Below are positions 58,650 through 64,000 of a stretch of 64,000 bases of DNA, in pieces. The translations under genes and the position numbers were made by a program. The DNA comes from the human T2T-CHM13v2.0 reference genome, Homo sapiens. Below the pieces are notes generated by a model. It searched no databases and was not told the origin of the DNA. It worked only from the letters and a program-made list of their open reading frames with translations. Location of the stretch: NCBI RefSeq assembly GCF_009914755.1, contig NC_060947.1, one strand, 5' to 3'. The stretch's first letter is position 1. The number at the start of each line of letters is the position of its first letter.

Positions 58650-60795
58650 AATTGATTTTCCGTCATATTAACAGAATAAAGAAAAAAATCACATAGTCAT
58701 GTCAATTTCTGCAGAAAAATCAATTGATAAAATTCAACTTTTATTTATAATAAAACTTCTTAGCACCCTACAAATAGAAAAAAACTTCCTTCATCTTAAA
58801 AAGAACCTATACACAACAAGTGGACAAGCAAGCAAACATAAAGCTAGAATTATAGAAGGCACAGAAATCCAGTCTCACCTCTTCTATCCAACATAGTATT
58901 GGAAGTTCTTGCCTTGCCAGTGTAATTAGGCAAACTTAAAAAAAAATTAACACAGAATGGAAGGAAATAAACTATCTCTATTCAGAGACAACATGATTAT
59001 CTGCATATAAATACCAAGGAATGTACTGTAGAGCTCATAGGACTATTAAAACAACTTTAGCAAGTTTGACAGATCCAAAGTCAACCACATAAAATCAGTC
59101 ATATTTCCATATAGAGTAATAAAAACTAGAAAGTGCATTAAAAATTATGTAATCCCATTTATAATAGCACCCCACAAATAAAATATTTAGGTAGAAATCT
59201 AATAAAATATTTGCATGACCTGTATTTTGAAGATTGAAAAATGCTGATAAAATATATTTTAAAAACTCTAAAGAGGCATATCAGGTTCATTAAATAATAA
59301 AATAAATCAATATACTTAAGGTTTTATTTTTTCCAAATTGAGGTATAGACTAAACCCAATTTCACTGAAAATTCTAGCATATATTTTATAGGTTAGATGA
59401 ATTCTTTTTAAAATTTATATAGAAAGGCAAGGGATTAAAAAAGCATAATAATAATTAAAAAATAATTTTAGATGACTCATACTACCCAATTTTGACGCTT
59501 ATGATAAAGCTACAATAATAAATACAGTGCAGCATTAGTGAAATAATAAACTCATTGATAAATAGAACCAACTGGAGTTCAGAATTGGATGTAAACAAAT
59601 ATGACCAATTAATTACTGACAAAGGCACAAAAGAAATTCAGTAAGTTGAGGATCTTCTTTTTCAATAGATTATATTGGAATAATTAATTATGTGCAATAA
59701 AATACCTCAACTGAAATTTCACTCCTGGGTTTCATAGAATAGTTCTCAAATATAACAACTAATGCAAAATACATAAAAAAATAAATTTACATTCATTAAC
59801 AATAATAGTATTCCTTCTCAGGAAAACATAATTTAAAAAATGAGAAGACAAGCCTCAGACTGGAAAAATAAATTGCTAAGCATATATCTAATAAAGCAAT
59901 TGTATCCAGGTTATATTGATAACACAATAATAAGAAAATAATCCAGTTTTTAAATAAGGAATGGATTTTAAAAGATATTTCATCAAAGAAGATACATAGA
60001 TGGCATAAAAGCACATAAAAATGATTAATATTGCTAATCATTAGAACATGCAAAGAAACCATTTTAAGTTATCCCTACACACATTAAAATGTTTAAAATT
60101 TAAACATAAAACTAACAATACTAAGTGTTGGTAAGGTTTAGGAGCAATTGAAACTTTTATATATTTCTGATTGAAATGCAAAAGAACACAGCCACTTTGC
60201 AAATGTAATTTAGATACTTCTTATAAATAAAGTTAAACATGTATTTACTTTGTGACACAGCAATTCCTTATGCAGGTATTAGCCTAGAAAAATAAAAACT
60301 TATTTGTACACAAACCTGCATATGAATATTTATAACAGCTTGGCTATAATTTCCAAAAACTAGAAACTACTGTCTTTCAAAGGGTGAATAAATAAAAAAC
60401 TGGTACATTTATATAGAGGAATATTACTCAGCAGTAAAGAGGGATGGATTATTGATACATGCAATAGCATAAATGGTTCTCAGAAGAATTATGCTGAGTA
60501 AAAGAAGTCAATCTCAAAATGATACTTATTAATCACTTTCATTTATATGACTTCAGGGAAAACACAAAACTAAAGTGATAGAAAACAAACTGATCAGTGG
60601 TAGCCTGGAAATAAATACAGAGGACGGGTTGTAATACAAAGGAGCAGCATAAAGACAATTTTTGAGATAATGAAGCTGTTTTCTCTCTTGATTGTGGTGA
60701 GGGTTGCATGAATCTATAAATGTGATAAAAATGTATAGGACTCAGCACACAAAAACATCAGTTTCAGTCTGTGCAAAAGTTGTAAATAATAATAA
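58650..60795 (+). mobile_element. Old L1ME/MD-type ORF2 (RT to end) and 3' UTR
   Basis: CTATTCAGAGACAACATGATT (degenerate FADDM); AATTATGCTGAGTAAAAGAAGTCAATCTCAAAA. Confidence 0.78.
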
Positions 60796-61194
60796 TAAAT
60801 ATTACTGGACTGGGGACAACATTTAGAGACTTGTTCAAGTCTGCACTCTTCTAAATGGAATGGAATGCTTTTCAGCCTAAATCTAGAAGATTCCAATGTA
60901 TACTACAGCCTTCTCTGGCACAGAGGAACTCTATGGTTTGGCCAAGATAACTTAATGAAATTTAATGCTAGAATTTATGGCTTCTTAGTTCTAGAATTTA
61001 TGGATCCTTATTTATAGCACGAATAATCTTCAATATGTTATACTGCCTGTTATAACATTTTAGAGGAATGATTTCATTATAATCAGGCCTATCCTTGATC
61101 AATACTCAGAATTTCCTGAAAAATGATTGCATAGATATCCAACACTCAGATAACTCAAAGTTTAAGTGCAGTGACATTTCAAAGTCTTTTTCTG

Positions 61195-64000
61195 GATTAG
61201 GTGACATCAGCAGTGTGGCAGACCAAGAGGTTACCAGCCTTCTTTCCTCAAAAGACACACAAAGAACACAGATCAGAATACTTCTCTAAAACATCTAATG
61301 ACCATTTGAGAAGCTACAGCGATCAAGCCACTGCAAAATCAAGAAGAGATTCCTATGAAACAAAGGGGAAAATGAAAGGCATTTGAAGTGCAAGGCCATA
61401 TGTCTCCCGACAGAGCATAGTGTGAAACAATGAGAAGGTAATGTCCTACATGAGTACCCTTCCTTCAGTATAGAAATGTATCTGATGTCAAGAATTAACT
61501 GGCGGCTTATCCAAGGGAATAATTTCTGCTTTTCCTCACTCAAAGCACTGGAAGGACTAGTGTCAGAGTTTGAAGCTACTGAAAGCAGAGGTGAGTATGC
61601 AGTACATTTTGAGCTTCAGTTATACAGATGACAACAGGTGGAATAAGGTATGGGAATGGTTTGGAAATCCTAGAACCTTCGGCTGCGCTGATTGGTGAGG
61701 GGCTTCTCTAAATAAAGACAGTACACAGAAACTATGAGAGGTGGTTGCTTTCCAACTGCCAAAATAATCATTAAAGGTTACAAAACTTACAAGGAAACAA
61801 GAAAATATGGCTTAATCTAAAGGGAAAGATAAAATTCCAGAAGCTGACCTTAAATAAATGCAGATCTATGAGATACCTGAGAAATAATTTCAAATGTGTC
61901 AAATATGTTAAATGAGCTAAAAACAAAGACGGATAACTAAATGAAATCAGTAGAGCTATGCATAAAAATAAAAATATCAACAAGGATAAAACAGAAAAAT
62001 CATCAAAGATTCTGGGGCTGAAAAATATTAAAATTTAAGTATAAAAAAATTACTGAAAGAGTTCAATACAGAATTGGCAAGACAAAAAAAAAAGAATAAG
62101 TGAACTTGAAGACAGGTCATTTGAAATCATTGAGTCAAACGAGCAAAAATTAAAAAAAAAAAAAAGAAAGGAGGAAAGCAAAGAGCCTAGGGGAATTATG
62201 GGAAACTATCAAGCACACCAATATACACAATATGAATTCCCAAAGGAGAAACAGATAAATAGAAGGACAGCATATTTGAATAAATTACAACTGAAAACTT
62301 CCCAATCTGCAGAATTAAATAGACATGCAAATTCAAAACTCACAAATAACTTAAACTGGAAAAAAATCCAAAGAGAACTACAAGACAAATTATAATCAAA
62401 CTGTAAAGTCAAAGACAAAGAGAGAATCTTCAAAGAAGCAAGGAAAAAGTTATTTGTCATGTACAGCAGAGCTTCCCTTTCACGATAAAGCACCTTTTAT
62501 AGTATAAACACTCAACCAAGTAGGAATGGAAGAAAACCATCTTAACATAATAAAGGCCATTGATAAAAAGCCCACAGCTAACGTCACACTTCATAGTGAA
62601 AGACTAAAAGCTTTTGCTTTAAGAGCAGGAACAAAACAAGGTTGCTAACTATTGCTTCTTCTATACAACATAATATAGGAGACCCTAGACAGAATAAATA
62701 CGAAAAAAAATGGGGGAAAAAGCATCCAAATAGAAAGGAAGAGGTAATTTTTTTTTCTATTTGTAGATGACTTGATAGTATATGTAGAAAAGTCTAAAGA
62801 TTCAACACCACCACCAACGTAAAAATTGTTAGAACTAATAAATGCATTCAACAAAATTGCAGGATACAAAATGAGCACTCAAAAATCAGTTACGTTTCTA
62901 TACATTAACAATGAACAATCTGAAAAGGAAGCAAAAGCAATTTATTTATAATAGCATCAAAAAGAATAAAATTATTAAAAATAAACTTAACTGAAGAAGT
63001 GAATGATTTGTACTATGAAAATAAGGAGCATTTCTGAAACAAATTTTAGAAGATGAAAACAAATGAAAAAAAATCTCATCTTCATAGATTGGCAGTCTTA
63101 ATATTAACATTTAACATTACCCAAAGTGATCTACAGATTCAGTGCAATCCCTATCAAAATTCCAAAAGGATTTCTTGCAGAGATACAAAAATACATTCTC
63201 AATTCTGTGTGGGATATCAATGAATCCCAAATAGCCGAAGCATTTTTTAAAGAACAAAGTTTCAAACACTCACACTTTCTGATTCTAATAATTTATACAA
63301 AGATGCAATAATGAAAAAAAGTGAGGTGCTGTCACAAAAACAAACAAATTGACAAATGGGGTGCAATAGAGAGCACAGAAACAAACCCTTGTATATATGG
63401 TCAAATGATCTTTGACAAGGATGCCAAGATAACTTAAAGGAGAGAGAACACTCGAACACTCTCTTCAACAAATATTGTTAAAACAGTATATTGTTATGCA
63501 AAAATTATAGTTGTCTTTATTATACACCTTAAACATAGACTAACTAAACTAAAACAAAAGTTTTAAAGACCTAAATAAAAGATTTAAAGCTATAAAATTT
63601 TTAGAAGAAAACACAGGGGAGAAGCTTCATGACATTGAATTTGACAATTATTTATTGCATAACAACACCTACAGGCCAATAGGACAGGCAACAAAATCAA
63701 AAGGAGTCAAGTTAGGACTACATCAAACTTAACTTTGTTCATCAAACTATACAATAAACAGTGAAAAGGCAACTTACTAATTGGGAGATAATATTTGAAA
63801 ATCATATATCAAATTAGAAATTAGTTTGCAGAATAGATAAAAATCTCTTGCAACTCAACAACAAAATATAAATAACACAATTTAAAAATGAGCTGAGGAC
63901 TGGTGAAAATATTTCTCAAAAAGTTATATACAACTGACCAACACATATATGAAAATATGCTCTACATCACTAATAACCAGATAAATGCAAATAAAAACCT
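61195..64000 (+). mobile_element. Old L1M/L1MB element: 5' UTR, ORF1, deletion at ~62485, then ORF2 RT onward; runs off the window
   Basis: GTGACATCAGCAGTGTGGCAGAC 5' end; ORF1 GTGAACTTGAAGACAGGTCATTTGAAAT; TTTGTAGATGACTTG RT motif at ~62760. Confidence 0.82.

Overview
This is primate (human-like) nuclear DNA, AT-rich and almost fully covered by nested retrotransposons: many L1 copies from old L1M to young L1PA2, five Alus, MaLR, ERVL and ERV1 LTRs, and DNA-transposon MITEs. I see no intact host protein-coding gene. The longer ORFs in the track are L1 ORF1/ORF2 remnants or antisense noise. The one host-derived sequence I recognise is a 5'-truncated EIF3M processed pseudogene (25591-25943). 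I found no evidence for a new biological system. The most interesting signals are structural: (1) a ~70-bp polyadenylated MER41-like LTR tail retroposed by L1 with a TSD; (2) an internally deleted L1PA7-like element that keeps its promoter and an open ORF0-like frame; (3) an L1 at 54.4-57.8 kb broken by inversions, AT-rich palindromes and a templated snippet; (4) a candidate minus-strand exon in the largest unique island. Subfamily names come from recalled diagnostic motifs, not from a database search, and boundaries of old elements are approximate.
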